This document shows positions 1 through 9,996 of a DNA stretch of 64,000 nucleotides, piece after piece. A program made the translations under genes and the position numbers. Below the pieces are notes generated by a model that saw nothing but the letters and a program-made list of their open reading frames with translations, was not told the origin of the DNA and searched no databases. Positions within the stretch are counted from its first letter, which is position 1. Each line of letters opens with the position of its first letter. This stretch comes from a virus, in the IMG/VR virus record IMGVR_UViG_3300044627_003356; one strand, given 5' to 3'.

Positions 1-137
1 TTGGCACCAAAACCTGTGAGTGGTAACATCTCAGCAATATTATTTGTTGTACCATTTTCTTCAAGGTATTTTTTTAATGTTTCGGCCAAATATGTTTTGC
101 CAGAACCTGGTAATCCCATAATCAAAATCTTTTTCAT
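1..137 (-). CDS. P-loop kinase, adenylylsulfate (APS) kinase-like, N-terminal part (runs off window)
   Basis: Read manually: ATG at 137, MKKILIMGLPGSGKTYLAETLKKYLE...; Walker A GLPGSGKT; late promoter upstream; next to a sulfotransferase. Confidence 0.6.
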   Translation of the reverse strand, partial: MKKILIMGLPGSGKTYLAETLKKYLEENGTTNNIAEMLPLTGFGA

Positions 138-192
138 TTGTGTACCTTTATTGTGTTTGCATAATAAATTATTTTTAACTACTTTATAATCA

Positions 193-200
193 TATTTATA
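193..200 (-). promoter_or_regulatory. T4-type late promoter TATAAATA
   Basis: Exact TATAAATA on minus strand about 55 nt upstream of the kinase ATG. Confidence 0.65.
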
Positions 201-252
201 TTGATTTAAAAATTGTTTAATGTTGCTTATAATAGTTTTTCTATTATTGCAC

Positions 253-846
253 TTAACTTTGTTTCAAATTTTGTAAAAAGTTAAACGAAATGCTAATTCT
301 GGTTTTGTTGGAAGTATTTTCACGAACACCGTGATTTAGCCAAGAAGGAAACATAATTAATCGGCCGGGTTTAGGTTGACTGTCAATAATACGGCGAGAG
401 TTTAAATTTTGCTCATACTGGTATCTAGGCATTGACATCAAACTAACGGATCTAGGATCTTCAAAATATATATGGCCTGACTGGTCATTGCAGGTTACAT
501 AGTACGCTCCAGACCATAAGCTATTAGGATGAATATGCATGGCATTGCTGGCGCCAGGATAGTTGATGTTGGCCCACATGTTGCCTAGCACAGGTGTGCC
601 AGCTAAGCCTTCTGCATGATAAATTTCATGTTGCATTTCAATCAGATAATTAACTATGCCAGCAAACTCAACTCGTGTGTGCATATCTGTGGTGCTATGC
701 CAGCCGAATCGATTGGTTTTGGCCAGGCCTGGATCGCACTTACTCCAAGCCAGAATTTTTTCTTCGAGATCCCGATTGAAGGCCTCAGAATTTGAATAAT
801 CTTTAAAATATACGGTAGTGGGCCAAAAATTATCTTGCAATAACAT
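253..846 (-). CDS. 2OG-Fe(II) oxygenase, TIGR02466-like
   Basis: MWANIN...HIHPNSLWSGAYYV...FEDPR...GRLIMFPSWLNHGV...RISISFN. Confidence 0.85.
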   Translation of the reverse strand: MLLQDNFWPTTVYFKDYSNSEAFNRDLEEKILAWSKCDPGLAKTNRFGWHSTTDMHTRVEFAGIVNYLIEMQHEIYHAEGLAGTPVLGNMWANINYPGASNAMHIHPNSLWSGAYYVTCNDQSGHIYFEDPRSVSLMSMPRYQYEQNLNSRRIIDSQPKPGRLIMFPSWLNHGVRENTSNKTRISISFNFLQNLKQS

Positions 847-860
847 ACAATATCCTCAAA

Positions 861-1628
861 TTAAAAAACAATATGACCGTATTTTTTGATTAATCGTTGT
901 GGCACTTGTTGGCGATATTTATTGTCCATTTGCTGCACACAGTCGGTTCTTATGGTATGCAAATTATATCCAAACACTGTATCGTTGTATTCAACACCAG
1001 CCAAAGAAAATTGATCAAAATTTTTAAAACGATATTCAAATGGTGAAATACCAATAAATTGATGTATGCGGTTCAGTTCTCGTTGAGGATTTTCAACTAG
1101 ATCATTGTAACGTACTATGACACAACGATCTCGATTTTCTGGCTGTGTAAAGTAACGTATACTTTCCAAAGCTCGAGCAATCATGCCATCTTTGGCCATA
1201 ATTTTACTTAGATATTCATCGCATTTTTTTGGTGTGAGGGTTTGTGTTTGTGCCAACACTTTGAGAAAACTAGCAAATATATCTGTAAGATCCCGCACCA
1301 ACAGCACCGCTTTAACCGGCTGTGTCATATAGGTCTCCAGCACCATGGCATTATCTGGAGTGCCAGCTGGACCTCGATCCAGAATAAATTTTTGTGGCCA
1401 GTCCTTATAGTAACTGTCCATGATACCACGCAACACATTGTCCAGGCTGGTATGATCTGGAAAATTTTGAAACACTTCAGTTTCTTTTAGCAAAAAAACT
1501 TCTTTGAATATTTCCAAAGTTATGCTGTTGGCTGTGACTGCCACTTGAGGATTTTGATTAAAGATAGCGCCTAAGAGAGTGTTGCCGGATCTAGGTAGAC
1601 TGACTAAAAAAGTAATATTTTTGCTCAC
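861..1628 (-). CDS. PAPS-dependent sulfotransferase family protein
   Basis: 5'-PSB loop SLPRSGNTLL, LVRD...S motif, VRYNDLVENPQ..L.RI..F.G. Confidence 0.85.
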   Translation of the reverse strand: MSKNITFLVSLPRSGNTLLGAIFNQNPQVAVTANSITLEIFKEVFLLKETEVFQNFPDHTSLDNVLRGIMDSYYKDWPQKFILDRGPAGTPDNAMVLETYMTQPVKAVLLVRDLTDIFASFLKVLAQTQTLTPKKCDEYLSKIMAKDGMIARALESIRYFTQPENRDRCVIVRYNDLVENPQRELNRIHQFIGISPFEYRFKNFDQFSLAGVEYNDTVFGYNLHTIRTDCVQQMDNKYRQQVPQRLIKKYGHIVF

Positions 1629-1681
1629 AGTATTGCCAATTTTATTTGTTTAGGTTTAATTTTGGGATTTATAGTTCTCAT
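1625..1681 (-). CDS. 18-aa leaderless upstream peptide coupled to the sulfotransferase
   Basis: MRTINPKIKPKQIKLAIL*; ATG 6 nt after TATAAT; TGA overlaps the GTG start (GTGA). Confidence 0.45.
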   Translation of the reverse strand: MRTINPKIKPKQIKLAIL

Positions 1682-1687
1682 GATATA

Positions 1688-1716
1688 ATTATAACTCAAA
1701 AGTGGCGGTCAGTCAA
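1688..1716 (-). promoter_or_regulatory. sigma70-type promoter
   Basis: TTGACT-17 nt-TATAAT on minus strand. Confidence 0.75.
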
Positions 1717-1727
1717 GACCTCCTAGA

Positions 1728-2504
1728 TTATTTACCGTTTAGGTGGTTTACAGGTACCTTATCAAGATGAGTTAATGTAGTGTTGAGATCCAATGATTGA
1801 TCTTGGCCAAGTTGAGATGTGAATTGGTCAACTTCCAGACTTTGTAACTGTTGTTTTTTTAAACGACTTACAGTATTCAAGGGACCTAACACGTTAATCA
1901 CTTCGGCCTGACTAGAACCTTGTGTTAAAGTAGCTGCCCGATTTTCTAAAGACATTCGCATCGATTCCATCTGATGGGTGTTAACATTCTGCGTGTCAAA
2001 ACCGCCGTTGTCTAGTTCGGATTTAAGTTTGGACCACTGGTCAATTTCACGCACACGATCTTTGGCCACTAGTTCCATGCTGGCACGACCGTAAACTTTT
2101 TCTTCTATTTCAATTTGAATTAATTCACGTTCAAGTTCATCGGTTTCGTCTAACAGTTTTTTTTGTAGTTTTTTAATTTCAACTTCATTTTTTCTGTAAG
2201 AAAAACTTAATTGCATAAGATTTTCAAAAAATACATTTTGTTCACGCACACATTGCCAGTATTTAGCTGCGTCTGTAGGAAATTTGCCATCGTTTAGCAC
2301 ACTAACACGCATTTCAGTTTCGGTGCGAAAAATCTGTTTTTTATTCCAAGTATCTTTAAGTTCAGATTTTAATGCAACCAAAAGATTAAAATCGGCCTGA
2401 TCCAGTATGCTCAACAGGTGATCTTCCTGTGCGGACATAGTTGGTACCACGTTTCTTAGGTTTTTTGGTGTATGTGTAGTCACGATTTTCCTTAATGTAG
2501 TCAC
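1728..2504 (-). CDS. conserved phage coiled-coil protein downstream of the Kelch fibre (possible fibre chaperone)
   Basis: 258-aa ORF, FRTETEMRVSVLNDGKFPTDAAKYWQCVREQ then heptad-rich region; TAAATA just upstream (2510-2515). Confidence 0.6.
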   Translation of the reverse strand: MTTLRKIVTTHTPKNLRNVVPTMSAQEDHLLSILDQADFNLLVALKSELKDTWNKKQIFRTETEMRVSVLNDGKFPTDAAKYWQCVREQNVFFENLMQLSFSYRKNEVEIKKLQKKLLDETDELERELIQIEIEEKVYGRASMELVAKDRVREIDQWSKLKSELDNGGFDTQNVNTHQMESMRMSLENRAATLTQGSSQAEVINVLGPLNTVSRLKKQQLQSLEVDQFTSQLGQDQSLDLNTTLTHLDKVPVNHLNGK

Positions 2505-2547
2505 TGACTTATTTAGTCTGAGTATTTTTGGTCACAAAAATTTTTAG

Positions 2548-2574
2548 CCAAAGAAACCAATTTGGTTTCTTTGG
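2548..2574. terminator. perfect inverted repeat (possible terminator or processing hairpin)
   Basis: CCAAAGAAACCA-ATT-TGGTTTCTTTGG between fibre stop and next gene; no clean U-tract. Confidence 0.35.
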
Positions 2575-2626
2575 TTGATGCGGGCGTGGTTATTTTTAAC
2601 TACATATGTGTGCTATGATGACAGCA

Positions 2627-4561
2627 TCAATTGTACTTTTCTGTGGATGCTAGACTTGGGAAACTGCCGGTGCTGCCACCAAACGCTATACCGGTACCGG
2701 CTGCTGTGCCTGCTCCGCCATGTTGGAATCGGCCAGTCGTCAATGATCCAGTTGCGGTCCATGTGGATCCATTGTATGTTAGCGCTGCTGTTAATGCACC
2801 AGCGGAATTGCCGCCAAATATCAATCCATCAGTTTGTGTTCCGCTTCCGGCTGCACCCAATCGACCAGATGGTAAGGCTCCGCCTGCCGACCAGACGGCA
2901 CCGTTCCAATTTTCAGTAGACGTTATTGGCACAAACGAACCGTCAAGGCCGGCTGAGGTTACTGCAGCAGATTGTGTTCCAAACATAGCATTGCTCTGTC
3001 TGCCGGTGGCCAGATTTGTTGGCGGGCCCCCGGTGGACCAACTTGTTCCATCGTATATTACAACTGAATTAAGAACACCTGAGGGCCCCGATTTGCCACC
3101 AACACCCAGTGCTGCTGTCTGAGTTCCGCATCCTCCATGGCCATATCTAGCTGAGCCTAAGGATCCGCCGGAAGCCCATGCACTTCCATCATATTCTTGT
3201 GCAACAGTTAATGGCGCATACGCAGCACCGAGGCCGCCAAATGACAGTCCTGCAGATTGTGTTCCTGCCCCAGCATGATTCATTGTAACCGTTGGCAAAT
3301 TGCCTCCTCCAGACCATGTGGATCCATCATATTCTTCTGTTGCAGCAGATTGTGTGCCAGGGCCTGCTGGGCCCGCAATGTATCCTCCAAAGCCTAGTGT
3401 TGATGTTGGGGTGCCTGCTGCTGCTATCTTATCCCGTCCAGTACTCATGGTGCCGCCGGCAGACCAAGCAAGGACTGGTGGCGGTGGAGGCACGAAAGGT
3501 GTCAATGTTCTTGCAACAATGCTGGTGCGAACCACATCAAAAAATGTATTTGAATTTACTGGAGTTACTAACAAATTTACTATATTTGATGACAAATTAC
3601 TTGATACGGTATATAAACTTGTATTGGAACCTATTGTGTCATATTGAGCGATATAAACATCAGAATCGTTATGGCTTAACATTACTCCCATCGATTGAAC
3701 ATTTTGATAATTAATACCTTGTATAACATATCTGACTGTTCTGTAAAGTAGTGAGGAAAAAGAATCAATAACTTGATTAGCTGTGTTTGATGTTAAATTT
3801 GCTGTCTTGGTGCTTATTGAAGATATATTGATATTAACATTACCAGAAACGGTCAAATTTTGGTTAATTGTGACTGAATCGGTAAATGTGCCGCCCGTGT
3901 TTGCTTTGTTATAGGCACCGTTGGCAGTATCTCTGGCATATTGGTCTGATCCTCCAGTATTTGCTTGGTTATAAGCAGATTGAGCAAACTGATTAACTGC
4001 TGTGATTGTGGTATTTTGATTGCTATTAATAGTTTCAATACTATTCAATCTGGTGTTCTGTGTAAGATCAACACCTTGGATGACAGTGATACTGGTATTC
4101 TGATTGGTGTTAATGGTCTCAATTGAATTAATTCTGGTGTTTTGAGTTGTGTCAACACCTTGAATAATGGTAATGCTATTATTTTGATTGGTGTTAATGG
4201 TCTCAATTGAATTAATTCTGGTGTTTTGAGTTGAGTCTACACCGATGGTTACATTGGCTTGATTATATGCGCCACTCGCTAAACCGTTAGCACCATTGGC
4301 TGTGGTAAAAGCACCAGCTGCTAAACCATTAGCACCATTGGCTGTGGTAAAAGCACCAGCTGCTAAACCGTTAGCACCATTGGCTGTGGTAAACACATCA
4401 GAAACCCTATCATCTCTTGCAAGAATTATACCACCAGCTGTTGATCCATCACCAACAGTAACAGTTTTCTTTTGCGTATCAACAAACAGCTCACCCGATG
4501 CAGGCGTATTTGCAGTAATTTCTGCTGTTGTTCCACGTCTTAGTTGTAGTGTCTTTGCCAT
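2627..4561 (-). CDS. tail fibre / receptor-binding protein with Mtd_N-like N-terminus and C-terminal Kelch-like beta-propeller
   Basis: LQLRRGT...GELFVDT..K.V.VGDG.T.GG N-terminus; QGVD..QNT coiled-coil repeats; about six GG...YDG.TW repeats after a PPPPP linker. Confidence 0.8.
   Translation of the reverse strand: MAKTLQLRRGTTAEITANTPASGELFVDTQKKTVTVGDGSTAGGIILARDDRVSDVFTTANGANGLAAGAFTTANGANGLAAGAFTTANGANGLASGAYNQANVTIGVDSTQNTRINSIETINTNQNNSITIIQGVDTTQNTRINSIETINTNQNTSITVIQGVDLTQNTRLNSIETINSNQNTTITAVNQFAQSAYNQANTGGSDQYARDTANGAYNKANTGGTFTDSVTINQNLTVSGNVNINISSISTKTANLTSNTANQVIDSFSSLLYRTVRYVIQGINYQNVQSMGVMLSHNDSDVYIAQYDTIGSNTSLYTVSSNLSSNIVNLLVTPVNSNTFFDVVRTSIVARTLTPFVPPPPPVLAWSAGGTMSTGRDKIAAAGTPTSTLGFGGYIAGPAGPGTQSAATEEYDGSTWSGGGNLPTVTMNHAGAGTQSAGLSFGGLGAAYAPLTVAQEYDGSAWASGGSLGSARYGHGGCGTQTAALGVGGKSGPSGVLNSVVIYDGTSWSTGGPPTNLATGRQSNAMFGTQSAAVTSAGLDGSFVPITSTENWNGAVWSAGGALPSGRLGAAGSGTQTDGLIFGGNSAGALTAALTYNGSTWTATGSLTTGRFQHGGAGTAAGTGIAFGGSTGSFPSLASTEKYN
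4101..4233. repeat. 84-nt-period intragenic repeat (49 nt identical)
   Basis: TGATTGGTGTTAATGGTCTCAATTGAATTAATTCTGGTGTTTTGAGTTG at 4101 and 4185. Confidence 0.9.
4278..4393. repeat. 42-nt tandem repeat, about 2.8 copies (FTTANGANGLAAGA)
   Basis: GCTAAACCRTTAGCACCATTGGCTGTGGTAAAAGCACCAGCT at 4278, 4320, 4362 (last partial). Confidence 0.9.
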
Positions 4562-4591
4562 TTTTACTTAATCCTTGTTATTAGTTATTAG

Positions 4592-4599
4592 TATTTATA
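4592..4599 (-). promoter_or_regulatory. T4-type late promoter TATAAATA
   Basis: Exact motif overlapping the upstream stop codon, about 30 nt before the fibre ATG. Confidence 0.7.
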
Positions 4600-5980
4600 T
4601 ATTTAAATCTTCTGTTCCTGAACCAATATTCAAGTCGTCCGTTCCACTTTGTGTCATTAAGTCACCTTCGATTCCACTCAAAATTCTTGCAACTAAACTG
4701 GTGCGAACAAAGTCTATTGTTGTGTCCGTTTCCACTGGAGTAATATCAAGAATTACATTTCCAGAAATAATATATGAATCTAAATTAAATAGAATGCTGC
4801 TTGAATATACGGTACCATATTCCAACATGAATACATTAGTATCATTGTGGTTCAATATTACTTCAGTAGAATGAACATCGATTCCAGATACACCTTGAAT
4901 TAAGTATTTTGCGGTTCTATATTCAGTAGTTGAAAAAGTATCAAATATTTGATTTGCCGTGGATGTTGAAAACGTTGCCGTATTATTATACAATGCAGAC
5001 AATGCTGGCAATATAATAATACCGTTAGATTCAAGACTAAAAGAAGCGGTGTTGTTTGTTAAAACCGATATTGTATTGGCGTAGTTATAAGCATTTTGAG
5101 CCAATGTTAAAGCTGAGTTTGCGACACCAAAAGATGATTGTGCATACTGATTGACCGCAGTAATGTTGGTATTTTGTGCTAAATCAACACCTTGAATAAT
5201 ACTAATGGCTGAATTCTGTGTTAAATCGACACCTTGAATAATTGTAATGTTACTAGCGTTCGTATTAGCTAACGAGAAAGCGGAGTTAACTCTGTCTGTA
5301 TCAGCAATTCTAAAGAAATTTGTGCCATCGTTAGTGAATTTCCACGCATGGTCTGTTTCACTCCATTTCAATACTGTATTTGTTTCACTTCCACGATTAA
5401 TTTCAATACCGGCATCAAGTGTTGGAACACCAGTTACATTTGAATTCAATGTAATGATATTGTCTTTAACAAGTAACTGTTCTGTGTTCGCATAAAATGT
5501 TGTTCCAGTAACACTTAAATTACCGGTTACGTTAACATTACCAGAGATTGTTCCACCTGATGAATTGAATTTGTTATTGGCAGTAGCATAAGCAGCTGCA
5601 GCAAATTGATTTACTTCAGTAATTGTGGTATTTTGGCCTAAATTAACACCTTGAATGACAGCAATCGCATCAGCATTGGTATTAGCTTTATTAAATGCAC
5701 CAGCAGCCAGACCATTAGCACCATTAGCAGTATTAAAAGCACCTGCAGCAAATCCATTGACTGCTGTAATATTGGTGTTTTGAGTAGAATTGATGCCTGC
5801 AATTATAGAAACATTAGATTCTAATTGAGATTTAGTGATTAAATAATTTCCGCCAACCGTGGTACCATCATGTATCGTTAATGTTTTTTGATCGGTGTCA
5901 ACGGTAACTTCAGCAATAACACCGGTAAACACCGCCGTTTGAGCTGTATTCCCTCGTCTTAGTTGTAATTGTGTGGCCAT
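4595..5980 (-). CDS. tail fibre protein (Mtd_N-like N-terminus)
   Basis: MATQLQLRRGNTAQ...EVTVDTD; DNIITLN...GIEINRG; QGVD..QN repeats. Confidence 0.75.
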   Translation of the reverse strand: MATQLQLRRGNTAQTAVFTGVIAEVTVDTDQKTLTIHDGTTVGGNYLITKSQLESNVSIIAGINSTQNTNITAVNGFAAGAFNTANGANGLAAGAFNKANTNADAIAVIQGVNLGQNTTITEVNQFAAAAYATANNKFNSSGGTISGNVNVTGNLSVTGTTFYANTEQLLVKDNIITLNSNVTGVPTLDAGIEINRGSETNTVLKWSETDHAWKFTNDGTNFFRIADTDRVNSAFSLANTNASNITIIQGVDLTQNSAISIIQGVDLAQNTNITAVNQYAQSSFGVANSALTLAQNAYNYANTISVLTNNTASFSLESNGIIILPALSALYNNTATFSTSTANQIFDTFSTTEYRTAKYLIQGVSGIDVHSTEVILNHNDTNVFMLEYGTVYSSSILFNLDSYIISGNVILDITPVETDTTIDFVRTSLVARILSGIEGDLMTQSGTDDLNIGSGTEDLNI

Positions 5981-6008
5981 TGTTTATCCTAAAATCTAAT
6001 TTATATGT

Positions 6009-6016
6009 TATTTATA
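6009..6016 (-). promoter_or_regulatory. T4-type late promoter TATAAATA
   Basis: Exact motif in the short intergenic gap. Confidence 0.7.
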
Positions 6017-7165
6017 TTAACCCACGGTGCCGTAATCAAATGAAGATGTTGTTGCATCCAAGTCAAATCCTGCATCAAATATTGCCGTTACTGGATCCCC
6101 AACAAATCCTAAAGAACCTGAAGGAGCTTCAACACCTATTCTAGCTATTGCGTTTCTAATGAAAGCTACGGTTACCGAACTGTTGGTTGGTGTAAACAAA
6201 ACATTTAATGTTGTTCCAACAATGGAACCAGTAAATGAACCTAAAGATGAAGAAGAATATGCATCACCAAAAGTATTTGCAAAAACTGTAATACCATTGT
6301 GAATTATATTTAAGTTCAACATATGAAATTCACTTGGACTGGAAAGTTGAACTTGATAGAAAGCACTTCTATATACAGAAGTTGAAAAAGAATCTATTGT
6401 AACTTGACTGGTATCTGTTAAATCTATTGTATTTGCAGATATATTTGTATTTGCAGTTAGATTTATAGCTTTAACACCAATGGTTCCTGTTGATGGATTA
6501 AATGTTAAATTATTATTTGATGTAAATAATGTGTTTGCAGTGCCTGATGTATTAGCAGTAAAGTTAATATAGTATACATTATTTGAAGTATTATCATTAG
6601 AAATTGTTACTGTTGTACCACCGCCGCCGCCAGTATTCGCTTGATCGTAAGCCGATTGTGCAAATTGGTTAACAGCCGTAATTTGTGTATTTTGCCAAGA
6701 ATCAACGCCTTGCGTTATGATAGTATTGGCTGAAGCTGAATTGGCAGTATCTCTAGCAAACTGATCCGTTGAAGATACAATAAGAGTATTGGCATAATTG
6801 TAAGCATCTTGAGCTAATGTTAATGCTGAGTTTCCGGTGTTTCTCGCAAACTGGTCCACATCAGCATCTTGAGAATTAATTGTGATTGTTTTTGTTGATG
6901 TGCAAGCTGAAATGGTAATATTATTACCAGGAACAATTGACAAAGTATCTGTAGGAGATGTTGCAAGAATTAAAGAACTGTTTGCATTGATTGTTGCAAA
7001 CGAATCAGTAGTTGAACCACTTTGAATGTAAGTGATAGAACTGTTAGCAGCTTTGTAATACAGTTTTCCATCGGCGTAGTTTAACGCCAACTCACCAAAT
7101 TCTAGTGAAGAAGGTACATTACCTGTTACGCCTGATTTTTTTAACTGTAGTGTTGTATTTGCCAT
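6017..7165 (-). CDS. tail fibre-like virion protein
   Basis: LQLKKS...P..L..GELALNYADGKLYY N-terminus; IDSF....YRSA domain shared with neighbouring fibres. Confidence 0.7.
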   Translation of the reverse strand: MANTTLQLKKSGVTGNVPSSLEFGELALNYADGKLYYKAANSSITYIQSGSTTDSFATINANSSLILATSPTDTLSIVPGNNITISACTSTKTITINSQDADVDQFARNTGNSALTLAQDAYNYANTLIVSSTDQFARDTANSASANTIITQGVDSWQNTQITAVNQFAQSAYDQANTGGGGGTTVTISNDNTSNNVYYINFTANTSGTANTLFTSNNNLTFNPSTGTIGVKAINLTANTNISANTIDLTDTSQVTIDSFSTSVYRSAFYQVQLSSPSEFHMLNLNIIHNGITVFANTFGDAYSSSSLGSFTGSIVGTTLNVLFTPTNSSVTVAFIRNAIARIGVEAPSGSLGFVGDPVTAIFDAGFDLDATTSSFDYGTVG

Positions 7166-7169
7166 TTAC

Positions 7170-7721
7170 TTAAAAACTTCCGCCATCCTTTGTTGTATCA
7201 TCATTAATAGGTAAAACAGACGACTCTTTCAGTACTTCCAAAACTTTATTTTCTTCTTCTAATTTCTTACGCTTGGCAGGAGTTAATTGTAAATATTCAA
7301 TTTGATTAGTTAATTCTTTAATTTGATTTTCAAAATTTGTACGAGTTTTTTGGTGTTCTTCTCGTTCTTTATTTAATTCATCACGAAAAACATTAACATG
7401 TTGAACTTGGTGTTTAACATTTTCATATTCAGTTTTCATCCTATTCAACTCTGCCATTTGAACATTTAAATGATTAATGGTATCTAAATGTCCTTTGACA
7501 GCGCTTTCAAGATTATTAATTTTAGATTCAATTTCTTGATTTTTATCAGTTTTAATTGATTCTAAATTACTTTTTAATTCTTCAATTCTTTTTACTTGCT
7601 CATTAATAACATCTTCAGTAACTCTTGCATTAGCTTGTAGAGATATGTTTCTGATAACTGCATCAGTCATTGTACTAGTTAATATCTCTACATAATAATT
7701 TAAATACTTGTTGTTATCCAT
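7170..7721 (-). CDS. coiled-coil protein in fibre cluster ending DGGSF
   Basis: 183 aa, heptad-rich. Confidence 0.6.
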   Translation of the reverse strand: MDNNKYLNYYVEILTSTMTDAVIRNISLQANARVTEDVINEQVKRIEELKSNLESIKTDKNQEIESKINNLESAVKGHLDTINHLNVQMAELNRMKTEYENVKHQVQHVNVFRDELNKEREEHQKTRTNFENQIKELTNQIEYLQLTPAKRKKLEEENKVLEVLKESSVLPINDDTTKDGGSF

Positions 7722-7759
7722 TTCAAACTCCTATCATAAAAAAATTATATAGTCACGAA

Positions 7760-9958
7760 TTAAAACTGGCCTCCATCTAAAGCCGTTGTCCATACAGGAA
7801 CACCAGCATTAGTAACGGTTAATATCTGATTGGACCAGGTTTGGTCTGCACCACCTGCAGCCGCAGTTACACCAACTGCACCGGTTCCATTACCATATGT
7901 GATGCCGTTTTGTGTGATTGTGGATAGACCTGTACCGCCTTGGCCAACTGTCAGTCCACCAATCGCAGCCACAGTAGCAGCAGTAAACCTTCCGTATGCA
8001 TCAACAGTAATGCTTGTGATTGTATTATTGGAAGTAAGTGTGCCTGTTTGAGTATATGTTGTATTGCTGAGTGATTGCAAGCCAGAGGCACCAGCAATTA
8101 ACAATCCACCAGTTGTATAACTTGTTGATCCTGTACCTCCACGGTCATATCCTAATGTACCAGAAGTAATTTGTGAGGTAGAGATTGCAATAGAAGTGTT
8201 TGATACTGCAACAACACGACCATATACATCCGTTTCAAAGGCAGCAACAGAAGATGCTGAACCAAAGGTTTGACCAATAGCAACAGATGAGTTAGCAATC
8301 TGTGTCAGTCCATTTACACCAGAACCGATGACAATTTGACCTGATGTAAACGAGGTTACACCTGTACCACCATTTGGTACTGTAAGTGCATTGTTGAGTG
8401 CTAATGTGTTTGCAGTAATTGTAGTCAGATATGCTGGTCTACTAATTACAAATTCGGCTGGTGTGAAGTAAGCAACGTCTGTGCTGTCTGCATAGAAATG
8501 GACATTACCATCTGCATTACTGAACATACCAGAATCGTTGTCGCCTTCTGTACCACTAAATGAATAACCACCAGCAGTATTAGCACCTTGTGCCGCTAGA
8601 ATTTTGCCTGCTGCTTCTAATGTACCATCATTTCCAAATGTCCAAACATGAGCATTGTTTGCACGAATGTATACTTCTTTTGCACCATCGCTTACTTGAA
8701 CATTAGTTTGTTCACCACCCAAATACAATTCAGCACTAGAGGCATCAATTGTACCTCCAGCACGAACATGAATATGCCCGTTTGCTGTTGGATCAAGAAT
8801 GATGTATTGGTCATTGACACCTGGACCATAATTGACACTTGGTGCTAATAAGAGTGTGTTGTTGGTTGTGTCACCAAAAATACGGTTTGCAACATATATT
8901 GTATTGGCTTGAACTGTATCGCCAATTGTGTTGCCTTTGAAATATGCTGCAGTAACATTGGCTTCACGATATGATGGGTCACTTAGGTTGATGTTGTTGT
9001 TTGCATCAAGTTCACCAGTATAACCTTGGAAGAAATGATATTCTTTTGTGCTGGAATCACGAATCAAACCTGTGTGAGCATTAGAACCATCATTGTAGTG
9101 TGAAGCAAAACCAATATCAAATGTGTCGGAGAAATAATTACCAACACCTAAAAGGAGTAATGGATCTTGAATTTCAAATTGTACAATATTTAATGTTGAG
9201 GTATTACCAAATACAATTAAATTACCGGTAACAGTTAAGTCATTATTTGCACCAATCGTTAAGTTGGTGTTGATTGTTTGTGTGCCACCAGTAAAGGCAT
9301 TGGCACGAACAACTGTGTCATCAACATCAAAAGTTACTGTGTCGGTTGCACTTGCAGTAGAAGTAATACCGGCACCACCAACGAGTGTTAGTGTGTCGCC
9401 ACCAGAAACGGTTTGTGATGCACCAGAATCGGCTGCAACAGTAAATGATGTAGAAATTGCTGCGGTTGTAACATTCATTACACGGCCGTTTGCGGCCACC
9501 TGAATAACTGGAATTTCTGTTGTGGAACCGTATGTACCAGCACCAAGGCCAGGAACCGCATTAAGAGAAGTATTGAGAGTTACATCAGCAGTACCATTAA
9601 AACCAACGGCTGAAGCGGTGATATCACCACCACTAATTGAGAAGTTTCTAGAATTCTCTAATTGAAGAGCAGAATTTGCAGTACCTTGGATAGTACCAAT
9701 AATATTTGCAGTAATGAAATTAAATGATGCATTACCTGTTGCATCTCGTTTAACTAGTGTTGATCCGGTAGCTGCATCGGTCGCATTATCGACCTGAGAA
9801 GTGTAGTATTGACCACCAACATTGACAACACCGTTGCCTGTAGGTGAACCAATGAATATTGTGTTTGAGGCATAAGAATACGCCAATTCACCAGCAAGTA
9901 ATGAACCTGGTCTTCCAATTGAACTGGAACGTTTGATTAAAATATTAGTATTGGCCAT
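7760..9958 (-). CDS. long tail fibre-like protein
   Basis: ILIKRS...GELAYS N-terminus; D.YGRV and GGTG fibre repeats; ends LDGGQF. Confidence 0.75.
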   Translation of the reverse strand: MANTNILIKRSSSIGRPGSLLAGELAYSYASNTIFIGSPTGNGVVNVGGQYYTSQVDNATDAATGSTLVKRDATGNASFNFITANIIGTIQGTANSALQLENSRNFSISGGDITASAVGFNGTADVTLNTSLNAVPGLGAGTYGSTTEIPVIQVAANGRVMNVTTAAISTSFTVAADSGASQTVSGGDTLTLVGGAGITSTASATDTVTFDVDDTVVRANAFTGGTQTINTNLTIGANNDLTVTGNLIVFGNTSTLNIVQFEIQDPLLLLGVGNYFSDTFDIGFASHYNDGSNAHTGLIRDSSTKEYHFFQGYTGELDANNNINLSDPSYREANVTAAYFKGNTIGDTVQANTIYVANRIFGDTTNNTLLLAPSVNYGPGVNDQYIILDPTANGHIHVRAGGTIDASSAELYLGGEQTNVQVSDGAKEVYIRANNAHVWTFGNDGTLEAAGKILAAQGANTAGGYSFSGTEGDNDSGMFSNADGNVHFYADSTDVAYFTPAEFVISRPAYLTTITANTLALNNALTVPNGGTGVTSFTSGQIVIGSGVNGLTQIANSSVAIGQTFGSASSVAAFETDVYGRVVAVSNTSIAISTSQITSGTLGYDRGGTGSTSYTTGGLLIAGASGLQSLSNTTYTQTGTLTSNNTITSITVDAYGRFTAATVAAIGGLTVGQGGTGLSTITQNGITYGNGTGAVGVTAAAGGADQTWSNQILTVTNAGVPVWTTALDGGQF

Positions 9959-9996
9959 TTTTTCTCTCTTTTATTATTATTTTACCACTTTTTTAT

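Noticed and set aside
1-189. Plus-strand 62-aa ORF in the track
   Set aside because: The minus strand encodes a clear Walker A kinase start over the same bases
2627-5980. Diversity-generating retroelement suggested by Mtd-like N-termini
   Set aside because: No reverse transcriptase, Avd or TR/VR pair with adenine-specific mismatches seen in the window; only the N-terminal anchoring domain is shared
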